Counted from the stretch's first letter, positions 1 through 10,196 are shown. The stretch: 64,000 bases of DNA from an uncultured bacterium (GCA_963700155.1 OY969472.1:317511-381510), one strand, 5' to 3'. Made by a program: numbers and translations. The notes: generated by a model from the letters alone, not told the origin.

Positions 1-367
1 AATGATATCTTTTTACAACTCCTGCAAAACCTTTTCCTTTTGTTTCTCCTAATACTTGAACTTTATCACCAACTGAAAAAACATCAGCTAACAATTCACT
101 AGCTATATCTCCGTTAACTTCTCCTTTAACTTTTATTACATTTTTAACTTTTGGAACAAATTTTAATGACTTATAATTTCCAACTTCATCTTTAGATGCA
201 GATTTCTTTTTATCTTTTCCTATTTCAATATGTGTTAATGTATCACCATTTTTAAGATGTTTAGTTATATAGTTACCAGAAACATCTAAAATTGTTCCAA
301 CAACTGACTTTCCATCTTCTAAAAAGACTTGAGTCATTCCTATTTTTTTTCCTATTAATGCCTTCAT
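1..367 (-). CDS. rplC: 50S ribosomal protein L3, partial; the 5' part lies in the window and the gene runs off the left edge
   Basis: Minus-strand translation from the ATG at 367..365 gives MKALIGKKIGMTQVFLEDGK..., the typical L3 N-terminus. It lies directly downstream of rpsJ, as in the S10 operon. It is absent from the ORF track because there is no stop codon inside the window. Confidence 0.8.
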   Translation of the reverse strand, partial: MKALIGKKIGMTQVFLEDGKSVVGTILDVSGNYITKHLKNGDTLTHIEIGKDKKKSASKDEVGNYKSLKFVPKVKNVIKVKGEVNGDIASELLADVFSVGDKVQVLGETKGKGFAGVVKRYH

Positions 368-448
368 ATACTAAAGCTAAAAATTTAAAGCCCTGCTTTA
401 AATTAAAAATTACAAATTATTAAAAGAAAATTAAAGCTCCCTGAAAGG

Positions 449-748
449 TTACTTAATTTCTACGCCTACTCCAGCCGGTAACTGCATATGAGTCAATGAT
501 TCAATGGTTTTTGCATTCGGCTCGAGAATATCAATCAATCTTATATGTTCAATGATTCCAAAATGCTCTTTTGACTTAGCGTCAATATGAGGACCTCTAT
601 GAACTGCCATCTTCCAGATTCTATTAGGAAGAGGTACAGGACCCCTAATCTTTGCTCCAGTGTCAATCACTGCTTTGCAAAGCTCTTGAGTAGCCTTGTC
701 AACAACTCTGTAATCAAATCCTTTTATTTTGACTCTGATTTTTTGCAT
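449..748 (-). CDS. rpsJ: 30S ribosomal protein S10
   Basis: 99 aa: MQKIRVKIKGFDYRVVDKATQ...GAKIRGPVPLPNR... This is the canonical S10 sequence. Confidence 0.95.
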   Translation of the reverse strand: MQKIRVKIKGFDYRVVDKATQELCKAVIDTGAKIRGPVPLPNRIWKMAVHRGPHIDAKSKEHFGIIEHIRLIDILEPNAKTIESLTHMQLPAGVGVEIK

Positions 749-800
749 CTTTTAAATTATTTAAAGAACACTAAAAATAAACTAAATTAATAAATTACAA

Positions 801-829
801 AAAGAGTCCCGATGAAATCGGGACTCTTT
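801..829 (-). terminator. Intergenic stem-loop between tuf and rpsJ (aaagagtcccgat-gaa-atcgggactcttt), T-rich on both sides
   Basis: Perfect 13-bp stem seen in the sequence, lying between the tuf stop (834) and rpsJ. It is probably a partial terminator or attenuator. Confidence 0.5.
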
Positions 830-833
830 TAAT

Positions 834-2030
834 TTATTTAACAACTTCGGTAACAATTCCAGCTCCAACTGTCATTCCACCCTCTCTAATTGCAAATGAC
901 ATTTGCTTTTCGATAGCGACAGGTGTTGAAAGCTTGATATCAACTGTTACATGATCACCTGGCATTACCAATTGTGTTCCTTCTGGTAATGTAATTTCTC
1001 CTGTAACATCAGCTGTTCTAATATAGAATTGTGGTCTATATCCTGATTGGAATGCTGTATGTCTTCCACCTTCATCCTTGCTTAGAACGTAAAGTTCAGC
1101 TTTGAACTCTGTATGTGGTTTAACACTTCCTTTTGCAGCTAATACCTGACCTCTTTCAATTTCTTCTCTTTTAATACCTCTAATCAATAATCCGACATTG
1201 TCCCCTGCTTGACCTTCTTGTAGTTGTTTCTTAAACATTTCTACTCCAGTTATAGTTAGTTCTTTTGAACCTTCCATTAAACCGATTTGTTCAACAATAT
1301 CGTTTACTTTAACTTTTCCTCTGTCAATTCTACCTGTTGCAACTGTTCCTCTTCCTTCAATTGAGAATACATCTTCAACAGCCATTAAGAATGGTTGATC
1401 AATTGGTCTTTCAGGTAATGGAATCGTTTCATCCATAGCTTTTAGTAATTCAGCGATCTTCTCATCCCCATCCTTTTCACCAGTTACTCCGTATAGAGCA
1501 CTACCTACAATGAATGGAACTTTATCAACATCTTCATATCCGTATTTTTTCAATAAGTCTCTAATTTCTTCTTTAATTAATTCAAGAAGTTCTTCATCAG
1601 TATCATCTTCAAATCTATTGATGAATACAACAATGTGTTTTACACCAACCTGATTAGCAAGTAACAAATGCTCTTTTGTCTGTGGCATAGGTCCGTCAGA
1701 TGCTGAAACAACCAAAATTGCTCCATCCATTTGAGCTGCTCCAGTAATCATATTCTTAATATAGTCCTTATGACCTGGACAATCGATATGAGCATAATGT
1801 CTTGTCTCTGATTCGTATTCAACGTGACTTGATGCGACTGTAACTATTTTATTTGAACCTGCTCTTGCAATTCCTCCCTTTGCAATATCTGCATAGGATT
1901 TACCTGAGTTCTGCCATCCCTTTCTCTGGGAATAAGCAACTAAAGCTGCAGTAAGAGTAGTCTTACCATGGTCAATATGACCGAGGGTACCTACATTTAC
2001 ATGAGGCTTTGATCTAACAAACTCTGCCAT
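834..2030 (-). CDS. tuf: Elongation factor Tu
   Basis: 398 aa with [13 protein letters not shown] and the [22 protein letters not shown]-domain motifs. Confidence 0.97.
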   Translation of the reverse strand: MAEFVRSKPHVNVGTLGHIDHGKTTLTAALVAYSQRKGWQNSGKSYADIAKGGIARAGSNKIVTVASSHVEYESETRHYAHIDCPGHKDYIKNMITGAAQMDGAILVVSASDGPMPQTKEHLLLANQVGVKHIVVFINRFEDDTDEELLELIKEEIRDLLKKYGYEDVDKVPFIVGSALYGVTGEKDGDEKIAELLKAMDETIPLPERPIDQPFLMAVEDVFSIEGRGTVATGRIDRGKVKVNDIVEQIGLMEGSKELTITGVEMFKKQLQEGQAGDNVGLLIRGIKREEIERGQVLAAKGSVKPHTEFKAELYVLSKDEGGRHTAFQSGYRPQFYIRTADVTGEITLPEGTQLVMPGDHVTVDIKLSTPVAIEKQMSFAIREGGMTVGAGIVTEVVK

Positions 2031-2281
2031 GATTTTATTTTAAAAAATTAAATAAATTATGTTCGATTTAATTTGCTGCCGAATGTTACCACCTTTTCAC
2101 ACTTTCTGGAAGTGCTTTATAGTAAATTCGATCCAGCTAAGTCGCAATTATAAAATAAATACTTTTTATTCGCAACAAAATTTAGGAGAGAATTTCTCTC
2201 CCAATAAAGTAAAGAATTATATCATCAAATCAGAAGATTATGAAGTTAAAAGTAGGAAAATTCAATAATAATTTTGGTAAA

Positions 2282-2641
2282 TTATTGCTCTTGTCCAGTT
2301 GTTCTTAAAAAGTTATCTGTATACATTATAATTTCATCATATGTAAGGCTACCAACTTCTTCTATTGTTTTACCATGGCCCAACGCTAATTTTAAACCTT
2401 GCTCTAATGAATGTAGATCTTGTCTTGTAATACCAAATTGCTTACCAAAATCTAACAAGCTATCTAACAAATTATAATCTTCATCTTGATAATAAACTGA
2501 ACCGCTTAATATTAATTTCTTAGCATATGAAGTAAGAGCTGAAAGTACATCATCTTTATTTCGTAGATGAAAAATCGATATATCACCTATTTTGGGTAGT
2601 ATTATATTATTACGCATTCTCTGAGTAAATAATATCAACAA
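2282..2641 (-). CDS. Hypothetical protein
   Basis: 119-aa ORF with no motif I recognise. Confidence 0.3.
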   Translation of the reverse strand: MLILFTQRMRNNIILPKIGDISIFHLRNKDDVLSALTSYAKKLILSGSVYYQDEDYNLLDSLLDFGKQFGITRQDLHSLEQGLKLALGHGKTIEEVGSLTYDEIIMYTDNFLRTTGQEQ

Positions 2642-2656
2642 TACATAATATACCTA

Positions 2657-3745
2657 TTAGGGATTCTGTTCAAGCCATTCTTTTAATGTTAATCCGCTGT
2701 CATGTACTGCTGTGGCATTATCGATACCAATGTATCGATAATGCCACGCTTCATGAGAATATCCTGTAATTTCTTCTTTGTTTTCTAAGTAAGATTGAAT
2801 ATATCCATATTTATATGAATTTTCAAAAATCCATTTTCCTGCTTTTGTTTTTTGAAAGTTATTAGTTAATGTGAGGCCACTTTCTTGATCAATAAAATCC
2901 ACAGCAGTCCCCAGTTGGTGCTCCGAGAAGCCAGGACGAGCCGACACTTTGTCGGCCTCGTCCTGGCCAAGTTGTCTTACCCAATCAGCATATAATTTAT
3001 ATTGTTCATTATAAGATCTATATCCTGAAGCTATTACCGCATTCTTCCCCGTATCTTTCTTTAAATCACTTAACATCAAACTCAAGTAATCTGCTGCTTC
3101 TTTTCTAAGCATAATAGTTGCAGTATTTGTATAAAGCTGATAGTCAGAATATAGATTTTTTAAATCTGTTGGAGCGTAATCATTAATTAATTTATGCTCT
3201 TTATTCACTTGGGCTTTTAGGTCGTCCCCGTCAGCCGTGTATTTAAAATTAGGCCAAGGGTCTATTGTCTTCATTCCAAAAGGAAGAGAAACTGCTTGTC
3301 TATTTAATTTCAATGTTATTGGTTCATCATTACCTCCTTTATCCTTAATGTCTACATTAATAGTTGCTGATCCTATACCGATATTTTTTATTTGCAGCGC
3401 ATACCAATATTCATCGCTTTGTGTATCCTGATTAAAATCTTTTTTAACAAATGTAAGTATTGTTCGATTATTATCATCAACAAGTACCTCCTTATTGGTT
3501 CTTACAGTAACCGCAGTATCGGGCTCTAGAACTACTTCGGAAGTCGTATTTGCATCAACTTTTAAAGGAGTTGTATCAACTGGGACGTCTTCTTTAGGTT
3601 GACCACTGGCAATTATCGAATTTATTGCATTTTGTATATCTTCGAATGAATTAGTATTAAAGATTTTATCTAAGGCAAAAAGTATCCCCACGCCTACCGC
3701 AAGAATTAGAATCAATATTAAAAATAATTTAAAAAGTTTTTTCAT
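2657..3745 (-). CDS. Membrane-anchored D-alanyl-D-alanine carboxypeptidase, peptidase M15B (VanY-like)
   Basis: N-terminal TM helix. C-terminal SGYRSYNEQ...FSEHQLGTAVDF...EAWHYRY matches the M15/VanY zinc-peptidase signature. Confidence 0.75.
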   Translation of the reverse strand: MKKLFKLFLILILILAVGVGILFALDKIFNTNSFEDIQNAINSIIASGQPKEDVPVDTTPLKVDANTTSEVVLEPDTAVTVRTNKEVLVDDNNRTILTFVKKDFNQDTQSDEYWYALQIKNIGIGSATINVDIKDKGGNDEPITLKLNRQAVSLPFGMKTIDPWPNFKYTADGDDLKAQVNKEHKLINDYAPTDLKNLYSDYQLYTNTATIMLRKEAADYLSLMLSDLKKDTGKNAVIASGYRSYNEQYKLYADWVRQLGQDEADKVSARPGFSEHQLGTAVDFIDQESGLTLTNNFQKTKAGKWIFENSYKYGYIQSYLENKEEITGYSHEAWHYRYIGIDNATAVHDSGLTLKEWLEQNP

Positions 3746-3809
3746 AATTTAAGTATATCATTATAATTTCAGATATAATTTTTCAATATTTATTTATAAA
3801 ATTATTTTT

Positions 3810-4673
3810 ATGGAAAATATCGAATACTATTTATTTTTTCTTATTTTAATAACAATATCAGAAATCTTTGTAATATTATCCTTACAATTTCTGAATCGCG
3901 ATAAATTTAAATTAAATTATTTTTCTTTTAATGTTAGGAATTATTATTTAATGCTGTTCCCTCTTGCGATTAGCTTTTTTATAGTAGCAGTAATCAGACA
4001 ATCTTTTGATCTAATTGTACTATTTCTTCTTTTTTCGATTGTTGGAATAATTGGAGAAACACTTTTTAGTTATTGGTGGAAAAAATTATTCCCGAAAAAA
4101 TATTTCGTTTATAAAGTTAAAACAATTTTTAATTCCTATTCAAGTTTGTTAAATTTTATCCCCTGGGGATTAGGAGGATTTTTATTTTTAGTAATAGTAC
4201 AATTAGCAAAGTATAAATATTCAAACCCTATAATTTCAACCGAACTTACAAATAATTTTCAATTCTATACATTATTTTGGATTATATTTATATCTTCAAT
4301 TCCATTTAGCATATTATTAATGTATATATATAGAAAAATTAGACCTTTTGATAAGAATACGTTTAATATAGATTTTATGACATACTTGATTTTCTCCCTT
4401 CCTATGATATTGGCAGTTCTTGCAATTTCATTACTATATTCACCAGATTATTTTTTAATTTCGTTAGGTTTTGGAGTTATTGGGTTTGTTTTAGAATATT
4501 TATTAGGTAAAATGTCGGTTTTCTTCATCTCAAAGAAATTATGGTATTACAATTACAATACAATAGATAATAACCATACAACAATATTAAACATAATACC
4601 TTGTATGGCAGGAGGATTTTTATTTTGGACAGTTGCTTTGATATTTATAAATCTCTTCGGCATTATTTATTAA
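3810..4673 (+). CDS. Polytopic membrane protein, function unknown
   Basis: 287 aa, very hydrophobic (F/I/L-rich) with several predicted TM segments. Confidence 0.4.
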   Translation: MENIEYYLFFLILITISEIFVILSLQFLNRDKFKLNYFSFNVRNYYLMLFPLAISFFIVAVIRQSFDLIVLFLLFSIVGIIGETLFSYWWKKLFPKKYFVYKVKTIFNSYSSLLNFIPWGLGGFLFLVIVQLAKYKYSNPIISTELTNNFQFYTLFWIIFISSIPFSILLMYIYRKIRPFDKNTFNIDFMTYLIFSLPMILAVLAISLLYSPDYFLISLGFGVIGFVLEYLLGKMSVFFISKKLWYYNYNTIDNNHTTILNIIPCMAGGFLFWTVALIFINLFGIIY

Positions 4674-4698
4674 GTTGTGATTCGAATTTGAAGAAAGT

Positions 4699-5511
4699 TT
4701 ATAAAGCAATATCTCCAACTTTTGTTCTACGTAAATTTATTAACATAGCTGGGAAACCTAGTTTTACTCCTAAATCTTCAGCTAACTGACGCATATAAGT
4801 ACCTTTGGAACATTTGATTCTGACTTTTGAAACTGGATAATCTATCTTTTTGCATATTTTTGCACCATTCTCTTCTATGTTTATTTCGTAATTTTTGGTG
4901 AAAATATTTAAAACTTCGCTTTCATATATTTTTACTTCTTTCTTTGGAAGCTCTACTTCCTTCTTGAACTCTTTATTATTAAAGAACTTGACTACTCTTT
5001 TATCTTTATCTTGTACAATTTCAAAAGTTTCAAACTTCCTTGCTAACTTTCTAAGTTTTTCACCATCAACCTTAACTGATGAAAATACTGGTACAAATTG
5101 ATTGTATGAAGGCTGAAATTCTTTTAAAGCATCATTTATTATAGATTCAGTTATCTTAGATTTTAGTTCCTTTAGTTTTATTTTATCTGTAACCACTTCT
5201 ACAATAGCTCCTTCAGGATCGGCTGATGTAGTCGACATACCAAATAGAATTTCAGCCTCGTAAACTTTATTTAAAGTAAGAAACTCGTCTGAAAGTTTTG
5301 TTGCTTTACCTGCAAGAATTATTAATAATCCTGAAGCAAATGGATCTAACGCTCCTGCATGCCCAACCTTTTTTGTTCCAAGCTTTTTTCGATATTCATA
5401 TACAATATCATGTGAAGTTTTCCCTGCCGGTTTATCAGCAGCAAATATTCCGCTTACTCTGCCGAATTCATCTACATAAGCTTTGTTCAATTCATAATCA
5501 TCAATATTCAT
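4699..5511 (-). CDS. truB: tRNA pseudouridine(55) synthase
   Basis: FAADKPAGKTSHDIV...GHAGALDPFASGLLIILAGKATK is the TruB catalytic motif, with the Asp in GALDP. Confidence 0.85.
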   Translation of the reverse strand: MNIDDYELNKAYVDEFGRVSGIFAADKPAGKTSHDIVYEYRKKLGTKKVGHAGALDPFASGLLIILAGKATKLSDEFLTLNKVYEAEILFGMSTTSADPEGAIVEVVTDKIKLKELKSKITESIINDALKEFQPSYNQFVPVFSSVKVDGEKLRKLARKFETFEIVQDKDKRVVKFFNNKEFKKEVELPKKEVKIYESEVLNIFTKNYEINIEENGAKICKKIDYPVSKVRIKCSKGTYMRQLAEDLGVKLGFPAMLINLRRTKVGDIAL

Positions 5512-5590
5512 TCAGTAATTATAGCTTAATAAGTCGTAAAAAATCCGAAAATATATGGGGAATAAAGGAGTGCTTTTTTAATAAAATTTT

Positions 5591-5655
5591 AAGTTGCCCA
5601 AATTGGTTCCAATTTGGGCAACTTTTGGTGCAGATTTGGTTAACAGTTGGGCAAG
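5591..5655. promoter_or_regulatory. 34-nt perfect palindrome (AAGTTGCCCAAATT-GGTTCC-AATTTGGGCAACTT) plus a third direct TTGGGCAA half-site 20 nt downstream; operator and/or terminator
   Basis: Seen in the sequence. It lies between the stop of the 5672..6067 gene and the truB start (5511). Confidence 0.4.
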
Positions 5656-5671
5656 TCAAAAAAGTGGATTT

Positions 5672-6067
5672 TTAGATACCCTCCCGCTCCACAACTTTAA
5701 AATAATAAATGGTCATAACACCATCTCGTTCAAATTCCTCTTTGTGTTCATTTGAAACATATTTTATAGCATCTTCTAATGTTTCAAATCCGCAGTCACG
5801 AATATATTCTATCGGCATTTCTTCCGGTTTTGCAGAAACAATCATTGATACTTGAGCCTTTCCTACTACCTTTTTATTGCCGTCAAGCAGCGGAACGACT
5901 CCGATATAGTTAGTTCTTAATCCACCTTTTAAAGTCGCTTTAATTTCACCAATTTCAGGGATAACTTCTCCTTTATTATCATATATTCTAATACCAAAAT
6001 TCATTTCTACTGGATAGTCTCCATTCTCACCCAAGAATTTATATGGTGCTCTTACAGTTGATGACAT
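5672..6067 (-). CDS. Small cytoplasmic protein, possibly ASCH/PUA-like fold
   Basis: 131 aa; the call rests only on a weak resemblance to ASCH/PUA-like proteins, so it is low confidence. Confidence 0.3.
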   Translation of the reverse strand: MSSTVRAPYKFLGENGDYPVEMNFGIRIYDNKGEVIPEIGEIKATLKGGLRTNYIGVVPLLDGNKKVVGKAQVSMIVSAKPEEMPIEYIRDCGFETLEDAIKYVSNEHKEEFERDGVMTIYYFKVVEREGI

Positions 6068-6147
6068 AATAAATTTTTAAATATATATTAAATCCAATTA
6101 TAACTATATTGTGATAAAATCACTACACTATATTTTTAGTAGATTTT

Positions 6148-6510
6148 ATGAGCAATGATATTTTCGCACAAGAACAACTAAGAAAGACAGAATTTATAAG
6201 AGAACTCGGGAAAAAGATTCGTGCAGCCAGAGATGAGGCGCGATTCTCACAGTTAGAAGTTGGAGTTACCTTAGGTGTTTCTGATAAAACCATCAGCGGT
6301 TACGAATCAGGAAGAATCGCGCCTCCTATCGATAAACTTATGCAACTTGCAGATTTGTTCAAAAAACCAATTACTTATTTTTTAGGTTCTGATCCAAGAG
6401 AATATAAGGTAGCTTCAAGATTAAGAGCTGTAGAAGTTACAATGAAAGAAATAAGAAAACAACTAAATGAAATAAAGTTACTTTCTCAAACTGTTGATTT
6501 AGATTCTTAA
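6148..6510 (+). CDS. XRE-family helix-turn-helix transcriptional regulator
   Basis: LGKKIRAARDEARFSQLEVGVTLGVSDKTISGYESG is a Cro/C1-type HTH. Confidence 0.7.
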   Translation: MSNDIFAQEQLRKTEFIRELGKKIRAARDEARFSQLEVGVTLGVSDKTISGYESGRIAPPIDKLMQLADLFKKPITYFLGSDPREYKVASRLRAVEVTMKEIRKQLNEIKLLSQTVDLDS

Positions 6511-6522
6511 ATAGTCTTTAAA

Positions 6523-7224
6523 TTAAACACTAACTAGATCTTCTCTTCTATTTGTAAACTTTAGAAAGTTTAGTAATATTCCGGCATTAATTCTAGAAAA
6601 TACTTTGGCAAAGTATAAAGGGAGTAATTTTATTAACCAAGTTATCCAAGCAACAAAACCTTTTTGCGGATTTTTTTTCATTTCATTTATTTTAAAGCTA
6701 AAAAAATCCGCTCTATTTGCCCAACTTAAAGTCTCTTGAATAACTAATTTTTTTGTACCAAGTACATCAATTTTTAGTCCGGGAAGTTTCCCAGCAAGTA
6801 TTGACTTCTCAATATTAGATTCTTCTTTTAAATCTTTATTTCTGCTAACTAGGTATTTTTCAATAAGTGAAGTTAAATCATCAATAAAATTCTTATCTTT
6901 CTTACTTAAAACTACATAATTCCCGGGAACGCTTCCAATTGGGACGGTACCATCATGAAGAACAAAAACAAGTTTAGTGTTAAATTTTAGGTTAGTTCTC
7001 AGATAATCAATTAATTCTCTACCGCTATATTTGGGTAATGTAGTATCAATAATAACAATATCAGGATTTATTATAAAAACATATCCTACACCTTCAACTC
7101 CGCTATCGGAGCAATATGTTTTAATATCTGTCGAAAGGCTTTTCCCTATTGAAGATAATAAAATTGTAAGTGCTTCTCTGATGACTAAATCATCATCTAA
7201 TAAAACTACTTTCTGTGATTCCAT
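6523..7224 (-). CDS. Response regulator: CheY-like receiver domain with an unknown, partly hydrophobic C-terminal domain
   Basis: VVLLDDDLVIREAL...DIVIIDTTLP is a receiver fold with the acceptor Asp. The C-terminal 110 aa has no recognisable DNA-binding motif and contains a hydrophobic helix (GFVAWITWLIKLLPLYFAKVF). Confidence 0.6.
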   Translation of the reverse strand: MESQKVVLLDDDLVIREALTILLSSIGKSLSTDIKTYCSDSGVEGVGYVFIINPDIVIIDTTLPKYSGRELIDYLRTNLKFNTKLVFVLHDGTVPIGSVPGNYVVLSKKDKNFIDDLTSLIEKYLVSRNKDLKEESNIEKSILAGKLPGLKIDVLGTKKLVIQETLSWANRADFFSFKINEMKKNPQKGFVAWITWLIKLLPLYFAKVFSRINAGILLNFLKFTNRREDLVSV

Positions 7225-7304
7225 ATTCTGTATTATGTTTAGAGATTACGTCGTAATTATGCAGGATTTATTTTATTTTGTAAACCTGAAGGAAAAATAT
7301 TAAA

Positions 7305-7386
7305 TGCCGACGAGAGGACTCGAACCTCCACATCTTGCGATACTGGTTCCTAAGACCAGCGCGTATACCAATTCCGCCACGTCGGC
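7305..7386 (-). tRNA. tRNA-Leu (anticodon UAG), type II with a long variable arm
   Basis: The reverse complement GCCGACGTGGCGGAATTGGTATACGCGCTGGTCTTAGGAACCAG...GGAGGTTCGAGTCCTCTCGTCGGCA folds as a cloverleaf. The anticodon loop is CTTAGGA. Confidence 0.9.
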
Positions 7387-7428
7387 ATTACTAATTACTT
7401 ATAGAATTTATAATACTACCAAAAATTC

Positions 7429-7444
7429 TCCCGATTAATCGGGA
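7429..7444. promoter_or_regulatory. 16-nt perfect palindrome TCCCGATTAATCGGGA in the divergent region between tRNA-Leu and the DUF2207-like gene
   Basis: Seen in the sequence. It shares the TCCCGAT/ATCGGGA stem core with the tuf-rpsJ hairpin at 801..829. Confidence 0.35.
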
Positions 7445-7623
7445 CTAATTCGATCTTAAGCTTCAGATTTGCTTCGATTCCTTCAGCTTGATCTCATTGA
7501 GCGCCACGTTGACTTTAAAAAGCAAGAAATTATATCATTTTAATCCCCTATAGTCATTACTAACAACTACATCTTAAGGCTTAATAGTAGTATACTTATA
7601 TAAATTACTCTTAACAAATTTAT

Positions 7624-9615
7624 ATGAAAATCTTTCTCAAAATCCTAGGAATTATTCTAGCTATTTTTATCTTCCATTCTATTACAACAGTTACAGTTCA
7701 TGCTGTAACTTTCACTTATCCAAATTATGATGTAAATGTTCAAATAAGCAAGGATTCAACGTATGTTGTGACTGAAAAAGCAGATTATGTTTTGAATGGC
7801 GAAGCTCATGGATTACGAAGAGACCTTACATTATATGATTCTCAAAAATCTCAGAAGTGTGCTAGTAGTTCAGATCTAACATGCGGTGGATTTGATAGGG
7901 TTCAAGTTTTAAGTGTGACTGATAATACAGGACGTGAACTAAACTCAAATGAATTTAAATTCTATGAATATACAGATGATTATGGAACTAGATATGGAAG
8001 ATTTGAATGGACAATATGGCCAGATGGTAAAGAAGTTACAGATTACAAAGTTGGATGGACAATTCAATATAAAATATTTGGTGGAATTCAAAAAATAGGA
8101 AATAATCCTTATTTCTACTGGAATATGCTTCCAGAAGATCGTAGTGGAACAGTAAATAATGCAAAACTTGAAGTTAACTTCCCAAGTGGCATAAATGTGA
8201 ACAAAGATAATTTATCTGTATATGCTGACGATAGTTACAGAATACAACCAACTTCAGGTGGATTCATTTTTACATTGAGCAGTCTTCCTGACTATAGTAA
8301 TTTTACCGTTGCATATAAATTCCAGCCAACAGATATAGTATTACCAGGCAGTATTTCATATAAAGTAGATGCTCCTTTATATGGAATTAATATATTATTA
8401 GATCAACAGTCAATTGATAGTAATTCGTCTGTTGGAATAATAAAAAGTGTTGAAGCAGGAGACCATACTTTAGAAATTAATCATGTGGGGTACAAACCAT
8501 TCAGTCAGAATATAAATGTAAAATCAGGAGAAACAAGCGATGTTGAAGTTACACTTGTACCGGAAACTTGGATGAGCATTTTGTTAGTTTTAAATAATGT
8601 ATTTATTCTTATTGGCTGCATATTGGTACCAGTAACGATGATTCTTGTATATTTGTATTACAGAAGACATGGTCGTGATAAAAACATGCCAAAAACTATC
8701 ATTCCGCTCTACACTCCACCAGAAAATACTCCTCCATATCTTTTAGGAACAATCAAAGATGAAAGTGTTGATAAAGAAGATATTGTAGGTTCAATTATTG
8801 ATTTAGCTTATCGTGGATTTATTAAAATTAAAGAACTTAAAAAAGGTAAAAATTATGAGTTGAATTTACAAGATAAAGATACTTCTGAATTAAATGAAAC
8901 TGAAAAGCAGATTTTAGATTCATTATTTAATGGTGAAGATACAAGAGAAACTGATGATATGAGTTCTTATTTCCCATCCAAATATATAAAATTAACTAAT
9001 AGAATTTATGATGAAGTTGTTGAGAAAGGATTCTTTAGTAGATCGCCTCGAACTACAATTGGAATTTATGCAGGGATTGGAGTTTTGCTTATTGTTTTGG
9101 GAGTTGGATCAGTTATTCTATTATCTGCTTTATTAACTAATTTCTTAGGGTATATATCTATATTTACTATTGGAATTGCAGCAGCGACGGGAGGTTTTTG
9201 CCTCCTTGTTATTGCCAAATTTATGCCGGCAAAAACCTCTCTTGGCAGCAAAACATATGCTGATATTTTAGGATTCAAAATGTATCTTCATACAGCTGAA
9301 CGTTACAGACTGCAAAAGCTTGGTCCTGATGAATTTGAGAGATATCTATCTTATGCAGTTGTATTCAAAATTGAAAAAGAATGGGCAAAGAAATTTGAAG
9401 GTATTTATAATAAACAGCCTGATTGGTTCGAAGGTGACTATAATGTATGGAATGCAATAATAATTTCAAATTTCTTAAGTAGTTTTAGAACTGCAAGTGT
9501 CAGCGGTATGACTCCGGTCTCGAGTGCAAGTGGTGGTGGATGGTCAGGTGGGGGCGGTTCATTTGGTGGCTTCTCCGGTGGTGGAGGTGGAGGCGGGGGA
9601 AGCGGTGGATGGTAA
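7624..9615 (+). CDS. DUF2207-like membrane protein: signal peptide, large extracellular domain, TM helices and a glycine-rich C-terminal tail
   Basis: 663 aa. An N-terminal signal/TM is followed by an extracellular region, TM segments around aa 320-345 and 480-530, and a C-terminal ...SGGGWSGGGGSFGGFSGGGGGGGGSGGW tail. The layout is typical of the DUF2207 family as I recall it. Confidence 0.5.
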   Translation: MKIFLKILGIILAIFIFHSITTVTVHAVTFTYPNYDVNVQISKDSTYVVTEKADYVLNGEAHGLRRDLTLYDSQKSQKCASSSDLTCGGFDRVQVLSVTDNTGRELNSNEFKFYEYTDDYGTRYGRFEWTIWPDGKEVTDYKVGWTIQYKIFGGIQKIGNNPYFYWNMLPEDRSGTVNNAKLEVNFPSGINVNKDNLSVYADDSYRIQPTSGGFIFTLSSLPDYSNFTVAYKFQPTDIVLPGSISYKVDAPLYGINILLDQQSIDSNSSVGIIKSVEAGDHTLEINHVGYKPFSQNINVKSGETSDVEVTLVPETWMSILLVLNNVFILIGCILVPVTMILVYLYYRRHGRDKNMPKTIIPLYTPPENTPPYLLGTIKDESVDKEDIVGSIIDLAYRGFIKIKELKKGKNYELNLQDKDTSELNETEKQILDSLFNGEDTRETDDMSSYFPSKYIKLTNRIYDEVVEKGFFSRSPRTTIGIYAGIGVLLIVLGVGSVILLSALLTNFLGYISIFTIGIAAATGGFCLLVIAKFMPAKTSLGSKTYADILGFKMYLHTAERYRLQKLGPDEFERYLSYAVVFKIEKEWAKKFEGIYNKQPDWFEGDYNVWNAIIISNFLSSFRTASVSGMTPVSSASGGGWSGGGGSFGGFSGGGGGGGGSGGW

Positions 9616-9617
9616 GA

Positions 9618-10196
9618 TTAAAATCTTTTAGAAAATATTTTTTCTATCTTTTTTGCTAAATTAGTAATCGTAGTGTTGTAATTTTTACTTAAATAATCTT
9701 CACTTAAAGCTAGTTGACTTACATGATATCCATATTCAAATATAAATTGAAAGATAATTGTCCAAATGAGGGAAATAAGTATTATTTGTAAATCTGGGAA
9801 AGGATTAAAAAACAAAATCAAATTATAGACAACAAAAAAGCTAAAAAATATATTTGGGAATATAAAGAATATCTTACGATTTTGCGAAATTACAAATAAA
9901 ATGTAACCTATCATCCTAATTATAAATAGTATTAAAAAGATTAAGGTTATAAGGGAATCAATATTTACAGAGATAATGTAAACAAAAAAAATAAAATAAA
10001 CAATCGTGTCAGTTAATTTATCATCTCTATTGTAACCCTTTAATGAAATACCAAACCCTTTTAATGCTCTCATATCAATCCAGTCTAGGTAAATTGCAAA
10101 TAATACAGTTAAAAGTGGGTTAATGAAAACTCCAATCGCAAAAAAAATTCTAAAAGAATAAATTAATAATTTTATAAACTTCTGACCTTGAATCAT
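9618..10196 (-). CDS. Small polytopic membrane protein
   Basis: 192 aa, mostly hydrophobic. Confidence 0.35.
   Translation of the reverse strand: MIQGQKFIKLLIYSFRIFFAIGVFINPLLTVLFAIYLDWIDMRALKGFGISLKGYNRDDKLTDTIVYFIFFVYIISVNIDSLITLIFLILFIIRMIGYILFVISQNRKIFFIFPNIFFSFFVVYNLILFFNPFPDLQIILISLIWTIIFQFIFEYGYHVSQLALSEDYLSKNYNTTITNLAKKIEKIFSKRF

Noticed and set aside
587-790. Short ORFs antisense to, or overlapping, well-supported genes. Examples: 587..790, 2059..2477, 3237..3431, 4895..5675, 9066..9278, 10625..11026, 13994..14394, 14707..15214, 17516..18127, 19459..19821, 21264..21458, 25169..25841, 32532..33168, 37416..37601, 39602..39844, 41517..41879, 42254..42496, 44985..45188, 48427..48753, 52744..53179, 54595..54786, 56922..57185, 57711..57896, 59287..59484, 60718..60951 and 62333..62524.
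   Set aside because: Each lies inside, or antisense to, a longer ORF with a clear conserved protein identity or a coherent membrane/secreted architecture. Their sequences are low-complexity, as expected for chance ORFs in AT-rich DNA.
9480-9615. Gly-rich GGTGGTGGAGG-type repeat as a possible non-coding repeat or slippage tract.
   Set aside because: It is in-frame at the C-terminus of the DUF2207-like protein and encodes a poly-Gly/Ser tail, a known low-complexity feature of that family as I recall it.
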